Source: an uncultured Spartobacteria bacterium (GTDB lineage: Bacteria > Verrucomicrobiota > Verrucomicrobiia > Chthoniobacterales > Chthoniobacteraceae). From it: a DNA stretch of 64,000 nt. Position 1 is the first letter of the stretch, and each line of letters starts with the position of its first letter. A program made the position numbers and the translations under genes. Shown in pieces: positions 8,844 to 18,492 of this stretch. The notes under the pieces were generated by a model, which was given only the letters and a program-made list of their open reading frames with translations, ran no database searches and was not told the origin of the DNA. The stretch covers positions 16,696-80,695 of the forward strand of contig CAIZLD010000029.1 of the NCBI GenBank assembly GCA_903933715.1. Direction: 5' to 3'.

Positions 8844-9800
8844 TCAGCTTTCCCGCAGTTCCCCGGTCCCCAACCGATTTAAAAAATCGGCATACGTGTG
8901 GCGGATGCCTGCTTCCAGATCGTAGCGCGGTTTCCAGCCCGTCGCGAGCAGGCGGGAGCTGTCCATGAACTTGCGGGGGGTGCCATCGGGCCGCGTTGCG
9001 TCCCACTTGAGTTCTCCTTGAAACCCGGTGATCCGGGCGATCAAATGTGCAAGATCAAAAATCGAAACGTCCGATCCCGAACCGGCGTTGATCCAATCCG
9101 GCGGAGTCTCCAGTTCCAGCAGCGTGAAAAGAGCTTCGGCGAGATCGTCCACATGCAGAAACTCGCGCCGGGCCGCGCCCGTTCCCCAAAGCGCCACCGA
9201 AGAAGCCCCCGTGACCGCCGCTTCATGAAACCGCCGCAACAACGCCGGGAGCACGTGCGAATTCTCCGGGTGATAATTGTCACCGGGGCCGTAAAGATTC
9301 GTCGGCATGGCCGAGTGAAAACAAACGCCGTATTGCTTGCGGTAAAATTGACACAGTTTGAGCCCGGCGATCTTGGCAATCGCATAGGCTTCATTGGTCG
9401 GCTCCAGCGGAGAAGTAAGGAGACATTCCTCCCGCATCGGTTGGGGGGCTTCGCGAGGATAAATGCAGGAACTGCCCAGGAAAAGGAGCCGTTCGGCGCG
9501 GTGAGTCCAAGCTTCGTGGATCACGTTGTGAGCGCTCGCCAGGTTCTCGTGAAGGAACTCGGCCGGATAGGTCGCGTTGGCATGAATTCCGCCCACCCGG
9601 GCTGCCGCCACAACCACAACCTGGGGCTTCTCCTTCTCGAAAAAGCTGCGGACCGCCGCGCCGTCGCACAGATCAAGCTCCTGCCGGGTGCGCAACACGA
9701 GATTTTCGAATCCACGCGCTTTCAAGCAACGGACCACCGCCGAACCGACCATCCCCCGGTGTCCGGCCACATAGATGCGGGTTGAAGGATTGAGTTTCAT
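8844..9800 (-). CDS. fcl: GDP-L-fucose synthase (GDP-4-keto-6-deoxymannose 3,5-epimerase/4-reductase)
   Basis: [16 protein letters not shown]-binding fold, [18 protein letters not shown] and YAIAKIAG (YxxxK). Directly downstream of gmd. Confidence 0.9.
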   Translation of the reverse strand: MKLNPSTRIYVAGHRGMVGSAVVRCLKARGFENLVLRTRQELDLCDGAAVRSFFEKEKPQVVVVAAARVGGIHANATYPAEFLHENLASAHNVIHEAWTHRAERLLFLGSSCIYPREAPQPMREECLLTSPLEPTNEAYAIAKIAGLKLCQFYRKQYGVCFHSAMPTNLYGPGDNYHPENSHVLPALLRRFHEAAVTGASSVALWGTGAARREFLHVDDLAEALFTLLELETPPDWINAGSGSDVSIFDLAHLIARITGFQGELKWDATRPDGTPRKFMDSSRLLATGWKPRYDLEAGIRHTYADFLNRLGTGELRES

Positions 9801-9804
9801 AAAT

Positions 9805-10824
9805 CTAGCTGCCTGAGATGCCGCTGAGGGCCAGTTCGCGCCGGGCCAATTCCAGATCGGCTTCGGTCATAATCTGCACCAACTCCTTGAATTTCACCTT
9901 CGGTTCCCAACCGATCTGCTTCTTGAGCTTTGAGGGATCGCCGATCAGGAGATCAACCTCGCTGGGGCGCTCGTACCGGGCATCGTGTTTCACGTATTGT
10001 TGCCAATCAAGCCCGAGCAGCCCAAAGCATTCCTCGCAGAACTCCCGGATCGTGTGGGTTTCGCCCGTGGCGCAAACGTAATCATCGGGCCGATCCTGTT
10101 GCAGCATCAGCCACATCACCTCCACATATTCCTTCGCATAACCCCAGTCACGCTTGGCGTCCAGATTCCCCAGGAACAATTCATTCTGGAGCCCCAGCTT
10201 GATGCGCGCGGCGGCCCGGGTGATTTTGCGGGTCACAAACGTCTCGCCCCGGCGCGGGCTTTCGTGATTGAAGAGAATCCCGTTGGAAGCATGCAAACGG
10301 TATGCCTCCCGGTAGTTGACCGTCAGCCAATAGGCGAAAACCTTTGCGCAACCATACGGCGAGCGAGGGTGAAACGGCGTCGTCTCCCGCTGCGGCACCT
10401 CCTGCACTTCCCCAAACATCTCGGACGAGGAGGCTTGATAATAGCGGACGTCCTGCGTCAAGCCGGCCTCGCGCACCGCCTCAAGCAATCGCACCGCGCT
10501 CAAGCCGGTCACATCCCCCGTATATTCGGGGATATCAAACGAGACCCTCACATGGCTCTGTGCGCCGAGATTGTAAATTTCGTCCGGCTTCAAATCGTAG
10601 AGAAGTTTCACCATCTGCACCGAGTCGGCCAGATCGCCGTAATGAAGGAATAGGTTCGCTCCCTGGGCGTGAGGATCATTGTAAATCTGATCGATGCGAC
10701 CGGTATTGAACGTCGAAGCCCGTCGGATGACTCCGTGTACTTCGTATCCTTTTGCCAACAGAAGCTCCGCGAGATAGGAGCCGTCCTGTCCAGTAATGCC
10801 AGTGATGAGCGCTTTTTTCTTCAT
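9805..10824 (-). CDS. gmd: GDP-mannose 4,6-dehydratase
   Basis: Start trimmed to ATG 10824 ([23 protein letters not shown]). Also [24 protein letters not shown] and [12 protein letters not shown]. Confidence 0.93.
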   Translation of the reverse strand: MKKKALITGITGQDGSYLAELLLAKGYEVHGVIRRASTFNTGRIDQIYNDPHAQGANLFLHYGDLADSVQMVKLLYDLKPDEIYNLGAQSHVRVSFDIPEYTGDVTGLSAVRLLEAVREAGLTQDVRYYQASSSEMFGEVQEVPQRETTPFHPRSPYGCAKVFAYWLTVNYREAYRLHASNGILFNHESPRRGETFVTRKITRAAARIKLGLQNELFLGNLDAKRDWGYAKEYVEVMWLMLQQDRPDDYVCATGETHTIREFCEECFGLLGLDWQQYVKHDARYERPSEVDLLIGDPSKLKKQIGWEPKVKFKELVQIMTEADLELARRELALSGISGS

Positions 10825-10900
10825 GGGACGGAGTTTAGGGAATTTTGTGATTATGTAATTGCGCAAACGCGCAAATATGGCTTAAGAATTTACGCAATCA

Positions 10901-12031
10901 ATGCCTTCTTCATTGAAACGTAAAATCATCGCGGTTGCTTTCCCTTGCATCACCGAAACCGAGTTGGCGCTGCTCGATGGCATCCGGGAAGGGGTTCCCA
11001 AAAACTGCGAAATCATAGTCGTCTCCGGCGGCTACGAAACGGTCCTGCGGCGACTGGCGGAAATGAAGGAACTGACAGGCGCGATTGGCGACTTTGTCAG
11101 CGATGCCTGGGTAAAAACATTGATCAATCAAGGCGTCGCCGTCATTCAACTGGCGCAATGTTCATCTCTTAAAGGGGTTCCCAATATTGCTCCCGATTAT
11201 CCCGCCATGGGTTCCCTCGCCGCCCAAACGTTGCGCAATAACGGCGTCCGCTCGTTCGCTTTTGCGGGGGTGCCCGGACAATATGCCTCGGCCCAGCTTT
11301 TCGCCGGTTTTTCAGAACAAGTCGCGCAGAACTCAGCGGCTGCAACCCCCTTCAGCGGGATCTCTTTGGTCCAGATGCGCGAATTCCTGCGCCGATTGCC
11401 GCGTCCTCTCGGTCTTTTTGCCGCCACAGACCGCCTGGCCCGTTTTGCCGTCCTCGCCGCACGGGAGCTCGGCTGGAAAATCCCCGAGGAACTCGCCGTA
11501 ATCGGCACCGGCAATCAGCGCCTCGAATCGCTATACGCGGGGATCTCTCTTTCCAGCTATGAACTGCCGGGGCGGGAACTCGGGCGGCGGGCTGTGGAAT
11601 GCCTGATCCACGGGGGGACGCCGTCTGGAACAGCGCCGATGGCGCGTCTGCATGAGCGTGAAAGCAGTCTGCGCTCCCCTACCGGCCTGGACCGCACCCT
11701 TGCCTTTGCGCGCAGCAATCTTGATCGGCCGATCCAGGTCGCCGACCTGTGCCGGGTTGCCGGGATGTCGCGCCGATCCCTCGAAACCGCCACGCAAAAC
11801 CGGCTCGGGATCAGCCCCGCGCATTACGTTCAAAACCTTAGGCGAGAACAGGCTTCGAGGCTCCTTTGCACCACCACGATGAGCATCCAGTCGATCGCGC
11901 AAGCGTGTGGCTATGAAGAACCGGGCGTTTTCGCCACAGCCTTCCGCCGCTGGACCGGGAAAACTCCCAGCGCTTTCAGGGCGTCCAGCGGCGCAACCGC
12001 AGGGCATTGCCAATCACCGAAACCGAACTGA
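10901..12031 (+). CDS. XylR-like transcriptional regulator (periplasmic-binding-protein-like sensor domain plus C-terminal AraC-type HTH)
   Basis: The N-terminal approximately 260 aa resemble a sugar-binding/LacI-type fold. The C-terminus has two AraC HTH units (IQVADLCRVAGMSRRSLETA ... SIQSIAQACGYEEPGVFATAFRRWTGKTPSAFR). Divergent from gmd-fcl. The last 56 nt overlap the convergent copA 3' end. Confidence 0.75.
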   Translation: MPSSLKRKIIAVAFPCITETELALLDGIREGVPKNCEIIVVSGGYETVLRRLAEMKELTGAIGDFVSDAWVKTLINQGVAVIQLAQCSSLKGVPNIAPDYPAMGSLAAQTLRNNGVRSFAFAGVPGQYASAQLFAGFSEQVAQNSAAATPFSGISLVQMREFLRRLPRPLGLFAATDRLARFAVLAARELGWKIPEELAVIGTGNQRLESLYAGISLSSYELPGRELGRRAVECLIHGGTPSGTAPMARLHERESSLRSPTGLDRTLAFARSNLDRPIQVADLCRVAGMSRRSLETATQNRLGISPAHYVQNLRREQASRLLCTTTMSIQSIAQACGYEEPGVFATAFRRWTGKTPSAFRASSGATAGHCQSPKPN

Positions 12032-14162
12032 GGCTCATCGCGGCCCCGGCGATCATCGGGCTCAACATCAGCCCGAGTGCCGGATAGAGCACCCCTGCGG
12101 CAATCGGCACGCCCAGCAGGTTGTAGATAAAAGCGAAAAACAAATTCTGCCGGATATTTTCCATGACCGCCCGGCTTAATCGAATCGCGCGGACCATTCC
12201 CTGCAAATCGCCGTGCAGCAATGTAATCCCGGCGCTCTCCATTGCCACATCCGTTCCGGTGCTCATCGCGACTCCGACATTCGCCCGGGCCAGAGCGGGA
12301 GCATCGTTGACGCCGTCGCCCGCCATGGCCACTTTGCGGCCTTGCGCCTGTAACTCGGCGATGCGCGCGTGTTTTTGTTCGGGACGCATGGAAGCCGAGA
12401 AATCGTCGATGCCAAGCTGCCGGGCTACGCGTTGGGCGACTTTTGCGTTATCGCCGGTCAGCATCACCACCTTTAACCCCATTGCGTGCAACGCTCGAAC
12501 CGCTTCCGGCGTTGATGGCTTGATCGGGTCCGCAACGGAAATTGACCCCAAATATTGATTTCCGCGAGCCACGAACACCGTCGCTTCATCGGATGCCTCC
12601 GGCACGACCCCGTTCTCTTTTAAAAAACCGGCCGTTCCGACGAGAATCAGATTCCCTTCGACAATGCCCTGCACTCCCGCACCCGCTTTGGCGTGAAAAT
12701 CGGAGACTTTTTTTAACGGCCCCGCTTTGGCGAGAATCGCCGCCGCCAGCGGATGCTCGCTCCCCTGCTCCACCGAAGCCGCTGCCGTCAGCAATTCCGT
12801 TTCCGTAACGCCCGGAGCCGGAACCAGCGCCGTCATCCGCGGCTTGCCTTCGGTGAGCGTCCCGGTCTTGTCCACGACAATTGTGTCCACGGTCTCGAGC
12901 GCCTCCAAAGCCGCCGCATCCTTGATGAGAACCCCAGCTTGCGCTCCTCTTCCCACACCCACCATCACCGACATCGGGGTTGCCAATCCCAGCGCACACG
13001 GGCACGCGATCACCAAAACGGAAATTGCGCCGACCAACGCGTAAGCCAATCGCGGCTGCGGCCCCACGCTCATCCATACCCCGAATGTCACCAGAGCCAG
13101 CAGCACCACGGCCGGAACGAAAAACCCCGCCACGCGATCCGCCAAGCGTTGAATGGGCGCCCGGCTGCGTTGGGCCTTGGCGACCATTTCGACGATCCGG
13201 GCCAGCACCGTTTCGCTCCCGACGTGTTCCGCCCGCATCACCAGCGAGCCCGAGCCGTTCACCGTCCCGGCGGTCACCGCGTCCCCCGTCGATTTCCGAA
13301 CCGGTTCCGCTTCGCCGGTCAACATCGCTTCATCCAAGAACGACTCCCCGTCCGTCACAACGCCGTCCACCGGCACGCGCTCGCCGGGCCGAATCCTCAG
13401 CAAATCGCCCGCGTGGACCTCAGCAACGGCAACGTCGCGTTCTCCATCCGGGTCGATCCGCCGGGCGCTCTCGGGAGCCAGCCTCAGGAGTTCACGAATC
13501 GCCGTCCCGGTGCGGCTGCGGGCTTTGAGTTCAAGCATCTGCCCCAGCAACACCAGGACGACAATCACAGCCGCCGATTCAAAATAAAACCGGCCCTGCA
13601 ACTCCGGCGGAAACAGCCCCGGTGCGAGGAGCGCAACCGCGCTAACCCCGTAAGCGGCCAAGACGCCCAGCTCGATCAAGGTGAACATGTTCAAGTTCCA
13701 CGACACGAGAGAACGCGCCCCCCGCTGAAGCAATGGCCACCCGGCCCAGAAAACCACCGGCGTGCTTAAAAAGAACTGAGCCCAGCCGGAACTGGCATGG
13801 CTTAACCCGCTGAAATGCCCCATTGCCAAAATCAAGACCGGCAGGGCCATTACCGTTCCCAGCCAGAATCGCAATGTCATGGCATCCAGTTCCGAGGTGT
13901 CCTCCGGCTGACCGGCGGTCACAAACTCCGGCTCCAAAGCCATCCCGCATTTCGGGCAATCGCCGGGGTGATCCTGGCGGACTTCCGGGTGCATCGGGCA
14001 GATATATTGGCCCGACGGCTTTCCTTTCGGCAGCTCCGTGCTTTCGGCCAGGAATTTCTTCCGGCACCCTTCGGAGCAAAAATAATACGTTTCGCCGTCG
14101 CGTTCCGCCCGGATCGGGCTGGACGCATCGACCGTCATCCCGCAAATAGGGTCCAGAGGCAT
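11976..14162 (-). CDS. copA: Copper-translocating P1B-type ATPase with N-terminal TRASH/YHS and CPMHP-type metal-binding modules
   Basis: ICGMTVD...YYFCSEGCRKKF (TRASH), YICPMHPEVRQDHPGDCPKCGMAL, TM CPC motif (IACPCALGLATP), DKTGTLT phosphorylation site, and GDGVNDAPAL hinge. Confidence 0.92.
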   Translation of the reverse strand: MPLDPICGMTVDASSPIRAERDGETYYFCSEGCRKKFLAESTELPKGKPSGQYICPMHPEVRQDHPGDCPKCGMALEPEFVTAGQPEDTSELDAMTLRFWLGTVMALPVLILAMGHFSGLSHASSGWAQFFLSTPVVFWAGWPLLQRGARSLVSWNLNMFTLIELGVLAAYGVSAVALLAPGLFPPELQGRFYFESAAVIVVLVLLGQMLELKARSRTGTAIRELLRLAPESARRIDPDGERDVAVAEVHAGDLLRIRPGERVPVDGVVTDGESFLDEAMLTGEAEPVRKSTGDAVTAGTVNGSGSLVMRAEHVGSETVLARIVEMVAKAQRSRAPIQRLADRVAGFFVPAVVLLALVTFGVWMSVGPQPRLAYALVGAISVLVIACPCALGLATPMSVMVGVGRGAQAGVLIKDAAALEALETVDTIVVDKTGTLTEGKPRMTALVPAPGVTETELLTAAASVEQGSEHPLAAAILAKAGPLKKVSDFHAKAGAGVQGIVEGNLILVGTAGFLKENGVVPEASDEATVFVARGNQYLGSISVADPIKPSTPEAVRALHAMGLKVVMLTGDNAKVAQRVARQLGIDDFSASMRPEQKHARIAELQAQGRKVAMAGDGVNDAPALARANVGVAMSTGTDVAMESAGITLLHGDLQGMVRAIRLSRAVMENIRQNLFFAFIYNLLGVPIAAGVLYPALGLMLSPMIAGAAMSLSSVSVIGNALRLRRWTP

Positions 14163-14295
14163 ATCTTAGAATAAATCGGAAGCGTGGTTTAGGGAAGGTG
14201 GATGTAAAGATGGCTCGTGCCGCCCCAATCGCGCTCGGAGATTTTTACGCCTTCGAGTTGATTCCGAGCCCGCTTGCCGCGATAATTGCCTCTCT

Positions 14296-16260
14296 TTGAA
14301 CTCCATTCGGATGAACGGAACCTATTTTTACCGCCTGATCGCGAGCGCCGCCCTGCTCCTGGCCTTTGCGGGGTGCGACAACAACCCGCATCCGCGTCCG
14401 CTGCATGCCCAACGCGAGGATGGCAAGCCGTGGGTTGTCAGTTACCGGGCGGTTGGCGAAGACCCCCGTTCGCTCGACCCTCAATTCAGCTATGATACGT
14501 TGGGGCACGGCATCATCGTGCAGATTTACGAAAGCCTCCTCCAGTACAATCCTTACAAGACCGATCCATATGAGCTGGAGCCGTGCCTCGCCGACGGGAT
14601 GCCGCGCCGGATTAAAAACGAGGGCAGCGGCACCGAGACTTATGAGATCCGGCTCAAACGCGGGATTTATTTTCATGACGATCCGTGTTTCCCCAATGGC
14701 AAGGGCCGCGAACTGACGGCGGCGGATTTTGTCTACACCTTCCAGCGGATCGCGGACCCGGCGGTGGAGTGCCCGGTGCTCTCGACCTTGCAAGAATTCA
14801 TCGCGGGGCTGGGCTCCGCTTACCAGCATGCGCGCCAAGCCGGGAAGTTCGACTATTCGCGCCCGATGGAAGCGATCACGGTGGTTGACGACCACACTTT
14901 TCGATTGAATCTGCTGAGAGCCTACCCGCAAATCCAATACTGGCTGGCCATGCCGTTTACCGCGCCCGTTCCGCGCGAAGCGGTCGAGTATTACACCGGC
15001 AAAGACGGGCGCGACCTATTCAAATTCCACCCCGTTGGCGTCGGCCCTTACCGGTTGGCGCAATGGTCGCGCAGCCGCTTTATCCGGCTCGCCCGTCACG
15101 AACGTTACACCGCCACACGGTTCCCGCAAAACGGCTGGCGCTCTTCGCAGGATGGCCTTCTACAGCCGCTGGCAGGCGGATCGTTACCGGTCGTTGATGA
15201 GGTTCAGTTTGCCGTGATCCGCGAAGCCATCCCAGCGTGGCTGCTTTTCCGCCAAGGCTATCTCGATCGTTCCGGCGTTGGCAAAGATGTCTTCAATTCC
15301 GTCGTCACCGCCGGGCAGACCCTCTCTGAAGAGTTCCGAGCCCGGGGCGTCCGCCTTTATCGGGATGTTGAACCGGGGACGTTCTATTCGCAGTTCAACC
15401 TGGAAAACGCGGTTGTGGGTCAGAACCTGAAGCTGCGGCAAGCCCTCTCCACAGTTTATGACCAGGAGCGCGCCAACGCGATCTTTGGAAACGGCATCGA
15501 CATCAAAGCCGAGCAGCTTCTGCCGCCCGGCGTCATCGGCTATCAACCGGGATTTTCAAATCCGTTCCGCAGCCAAAGCCTGGCGCAAGCCCGGAAGCTC
15601 TTGGCCGAAGCCGGATTTCCCAACGGCATCGATCCGAAAACAGGGCAGCCGCTGGAATTGACGCTCGATGTGATCGCGGGCAGCGCCGAAAGCCGCCAGC
15701 GGGCCGAGTTCGACCAAATGCAATTCCAGCAGCTCGGCATTCGCATCAAAATCGAGGAAAACACCTGGTCCCGTTTTCAGGAGAAGCAATTGCGCGGCCT
15801 CTTTCAACTCAACAGTGGCTCCGGATGGAATGCTGATTACCCCGATCCCGAAAACTTTTTTTTCCTGTTCTATAGCAAGAACGTCCCGCCGCAGGGGAGT
15901 AATTACACCCGTTTTTCCAATCCCGAGTTCGACCGTCTCTTTGAGCAAATGGCGACCATGGACAACGGCCCGGAACGGCTCGGAATCATCCACCGCATGA
16001 CGGCGATTCTCGTCGAACAATGCCCCGTCATTTTCACCCACCACCCCGTCACCTTCACGCTCAACCAGCCATGGGTGCCGCGCCTCTTCGATAACGCCAT
16101 GCTCGTCACGGCCAAATACACCGTGATTGATCCGGCCTTGCGCGCACGGAAGATCCGCGAATGGAACCGCGCCCCGGCCTGGCCTTTGTGGACCCTGGGC
16201 GGCTTGTTGGCCGCGGTGATCGGCTATGTCGTTATCAAAGCCCGGAGGAGCGCCCTGTAA
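14296..16260 (+). CDS. ABC transporter substrate-binding protein, family 5 (Opp/Dpp/Nik-like), lipoprotein with an extra C-terminal TM segment
   Basis: Signal peptide plus lipobox (LLLAFAGCDNN) and SBP_bac_5-like length and motifs. The C-terminus WPLWTLGGLLAAVIGYVVIKARRSAL is a hydrophobic helix followed by basic residues. It is followed by two cognate permease genes. Confidence 0.85.
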   Translation: MNSIRMNGTYFYRLIASAALLLAFAGCDNNPHPRPLHAQREDGKPWVVSYRAVGEDPRSLDPQFSYDTLGHGIIVQIYESLLQYNPYKTDPYELEPCLADGMPRRIKNEGSGTETYEIRLKRGIYFHDDPCFPNGKGRELTAADFVYTFQRIADPAVECPVLSTLQEFIAGLGSAYQHARQAGKFDYSRPMEAITVVDDHTFRLNLLRAYPQIQYWLAMPFTAPVPREAVEYYTGKDGRDLFKFHPVGVGPYRLAQWSRSRFIRLARHERYTATRFPQNGWRSSQDGLLQPLAGGSLPVVDEVQFAVIREAIPAWLLFRQGYLDRSGVGKDVFNSVVTAGQTLSEEFRARGVRLYRDVEPGTFYSQFNLENAVVGQNLKLRQALSTVYDQERANAIFGNGIDIKAEQLLPPGVIGYQPGFSNPFRSQSLAQARKLLAEAGFPNGIDPKTGQPLELTLDVIAGSAESRQRAEFDQMQFQQLGIRIKIEENTWSRFQEKQLRGLFQLNSGSGWNADYPDPENFFFLFYSKNVPPQGSNYTRFSNPEFDRLFEQMATMDNGPERLGIIHRMTAILVEQCPVIFTHHPVTFTLNQPWVPRLFDNAMLVTAKYTVIDPALRARKIREWNRAPAWPLWTLGGLLAAVIGYVVIKARRSAL

Positions 16261-16302
16261 CATGAAGAACCGAGCGGATTTTCCAAGCCTCGCACCCCCC
16301 CT

Positions 16303-16432
16303 CGTTCCCAAACTCTGTTTGGGAACGCACTCGCTCTTGGAAACTCTGTTTCCCTGCGCTTGCAATGGGAGCGACGCTTCACGAAACAGAGGTTCGCGGA
16401 CAAGTGCGTTCCCAATCGGGAGATTGGGAACG
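16303..16432. repeat. Inverted pair of approximately 60-bp REP-like units, each headed by a GTTCCCAA hairpin
   Basis: Hairpin 1 is CGTTCCCAAA(16303-16312)/TTTGGGAACG(16318-16327). Hairpin 2 is CGTTCCCAAT(16407-16416)/ATTGGGAACG(16423-16432). The left unit and the reverse complement of the right unit align over about 60 nt. The same hairpin recurs at 26964-26992. Confidence 0.8.
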
Positions 16433-16460
16433 AGGGAAGCAAAACACACCCTCTAAAACC

Positions 16461-17453
16461 ATGCTGAACTATTTCATTCGCCGCTTGATTTACATGGTGC
16501 CGATCTTGCTCGGCGTGATGCTGATCACGTTTGTGTTGTTCAACATCGTCGCTTCGCCGCGCGAAATGGCTTTGCAAAATCTCGGGCCCAAAGCCTCCGC
16601 GCAAGCCATCGAGAACTGGCTGCACAATCGCGGTTATTCCGATGAACACGGCAAACCGTATCCGCTTTTCCTGAATACCGAACGGGGCCACAATCCGTTC
16701 GATTCCCTTTATTTCCGCAGCATGAAGCGGTTTGCCACGTTTGATCTCGGCACTTCCTTTGCCACAGGGGAGCCGGTCGTCGAAATGATCAAGCGCGGGG
16801 CAATTCCCTCGCTCTGCATCACGCTCCCCGCCTTTGTCGTGGGGTTGTTCCTCTCCATCGCCACGGCGCTGCTGCTGGTCTTCGTGCGCGACTCGCTCAT
16901 CGACCGCTGGGGGGCCGTCCTTTGTGTGGCGACAATGAGCATCCCGATCACTGTCTATGTCATCTTCGGTCAATGGATGGCGGCCAACCTCTTCAACTAT
17001 TTCCCGGCGTTTGGTTTCACGATGGAAGGATTCTCGACGGCACGCTTTATCGCGCTTCCCGTGGCGATCATGATCTTTAGCGGGCTGGGCGTGGATGTGC
17101 GGATGTATCGCGCCGTTTTCCTGGAAGAAGTCCGCGCCGACTACATCCGAACGGCGCAAGCCAAGGGAGCCTCCCATGCCCGTGTGTTGTTGGTTCATAT
17201 GCTCAAAAACGGGATGATCTCGCTCATCACGCTGGTCGTCGCCGCGCTGCCATTCCTGATCATGGGGACACTGGTCATCGAGAGCTTCTTTGGGATTCCA
17301 GGTCTCGGGAACCTGATGACGACCGCCATTCAGACCAAAGATTTTGGGGTGATTCAGGCCGACGTTTACTTCGGCTCATTGCTTTATCTGTTCGGATTGC
17401 TGCTCACCGACATCTGTTACGCCGCCGTCGATCCCCGTATCCGACTTCAATAA
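16461..17453 (+). CDS. ABC transporter permease (OppB/DppB-like)
   Basis: Start trimmed to ATG 16461 (MLNYFIRRLIYMVPILLGVMLITFVLF, the typical OppB N-terminus). It has the EAA-like loop (YIRTAQAKGASHARVLLVHMLKNGMI). Confidence 0.9.
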   Translation: MLNYFIRRLIYMVPILLGVMLITFVLFNIVASPREMALQNLGPKASAQAIENWLHNRGYSDEHGKPYPLFLNTERGHNPFDSLYFRSMKRFATFDLGTSFATGEPVVEMIKRGAIPSLCITLPAFVVGLFLSIATALLLVFVRDSLIDRWGAVLCVATMSIPITVYVIFGQWMAANLFNYFPAFGFTMEGFSTARFIALPVAIMIFSGLGVDVRMYRAVFLEEVRADYIRTAQAKGASHARVLLVHMLKNGMISLITLVVAALPFLIMGTLVIESFFGIPGLGNLMTTAIQTKDFGVIQADVYFGSLLYLFGLLLTDICYAAVDPRIRLQ

Positions 17454-17454
17454 T

Positions 17455-18441
17455 ATGCCCATCTGGATCTCCAATTGCCTCATTCTCGCCGGTTGCGCCG
17501 CGCTGTTGGTGTTATTGCGAGCCTTTCTGTTCACCGAACGCTCTCGCCGCGCCTTGAACCGTTTGCGCCGCGACCGCATCGGGATCGTCTGTTTCGTGAC
17601 GATCGTGGCGTTGCTCCTCTGCGGTGTGGCCGATTGCCTCCAGGTCGTCCCCCGCGTCACGCTCCTTGATTACGCTTTCCGCAACGTCCCGCGCGAGGAA
17701 GGCTACAGCGCGCCGCTCGCCCCCACGACCTTCAATGAGCGCGACCCCAAACCGCTCAACGGTCGGCATCTCCTTGGCACCGATTTGCTTGGCAAAGATG
17801 TCTTTTTGCAAACGCTCAAAGGGTGCAAAACGGCCCTCATCATCGGCGGATTGACGAGCCTCCTTTATATCCCGGTCGGCGCGCTGCTGGGCATCCTCGG
17901 CGGCTACTACCGGGGGCGCGTGGACGATTTCATCCAATACCTCTACAGCACGCTAGCTTCCATCCCGGGCATCCTGCTCCTCGTGGCCGTGATGATGACG
18001 CTCGGCAAAGGGCTTGACCGGATGGCGATTGCCCTCAGCCTGACTGCCTGGATTGGCCTTTGCCGCCTCGTTCGAGGGGAAACCTTCCGCCAAGCCGCCA
18101 AGCCTTATGTGGAAGCCGCCCGGGCGTTGGGCCAAAGCCACGGGAAGATCATCCTCCACCACATCCTGCCCAACGTGATGCATTTGGTGGTCATTAACGC
18201 CATTCTGGGCTTCTCGGGCTTGGTGTTGACGGAAACAATATTGAGTTATCTCGGCGTCGGCGCTCCCGTCGGCACGGCAAGCTGGGGCATCATGATCGAT
18301 TCCGCCCGCATGGAACTGAGCCGCGAACCGGCCGTCTGGTGGCCGATCACCGCCGCCAGCGGAGCCCTGTTTGCCCTCGTTCTCTCGCTTAACCTGCTGG
18401 GCGATTCGCTCCGCCGCGCGTTCGATCCCAAAGCGGCGTAA
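17455..18441 (+). CDS. ABC transporter permease (OppC/DppC-like)
   Basis: Six TM segments and YVEAARALGQSHGKIILHHILPNVM (binding-protein-dependent transport signature). It starts 1 nt after the preceding permease. Confidence 0.9.
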   Translation: MPIWISNCLILAGCAALLVLLRAFLFTERSRRALNRLRRDRIGIVCFVTIVALLLCGVADCLQVVPRVTLLDYAFRNVPREEGYSAPLAPTTFNERDPKPLNGRHLLGTDLLGKDVFLQTLKGCKTALIIGGLTSLLYIPVGALLGILGGYYRGRVDDFIQYLYSTLASIPGILLLVAVMMTLGKGLDRMAIALSLTAWIGLCRLVRGETFRQAAKPYVEAARALGQSHGKIILHHILPNVMHLVVINAILGFSGLVLTETILSYLGVGAPVGTASWGIMIDSARMELSREPAVWWPITAASGALFALVLSLNLLGDSLRRAFDPKAA

Positions 18442-18492
18442 TTTTCTGCTTCCTGCGCGGCGCGGTTCCGGGTTCAATTCCCCCCTTTCCAA

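Noticed and set aside
11976-12031. 56-nt convergent overlap of the XylR-like ORF with the copA 3' end as a possible antisense regulatory feature or gene fusion
   Set aside because: The last approximately 18 residues of the regulator (SSGATAGHCQSPKPN) lie beyond the AraC HTH and look like read-on into copA antisense sequence. It is most simply an uninformative tail, and nothing points to function.
12753-13769. Other long tracked ORFs opposite or out of frame to real genes (12753-13769+, 14245-14937-, 16224-17198-, 19209-20426-, 29323-30216+, 31354-32292+, 36269-37099+, 37005-37964+, 48957-49970-, 51887-53068+, 56081-57094+, 58198-59622+)
   Set aside because: Each lies entirely within a confidently identified gene on the other strand or frame. 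Each has Arg/Gly/Pro/His-rich low-complexity translations.
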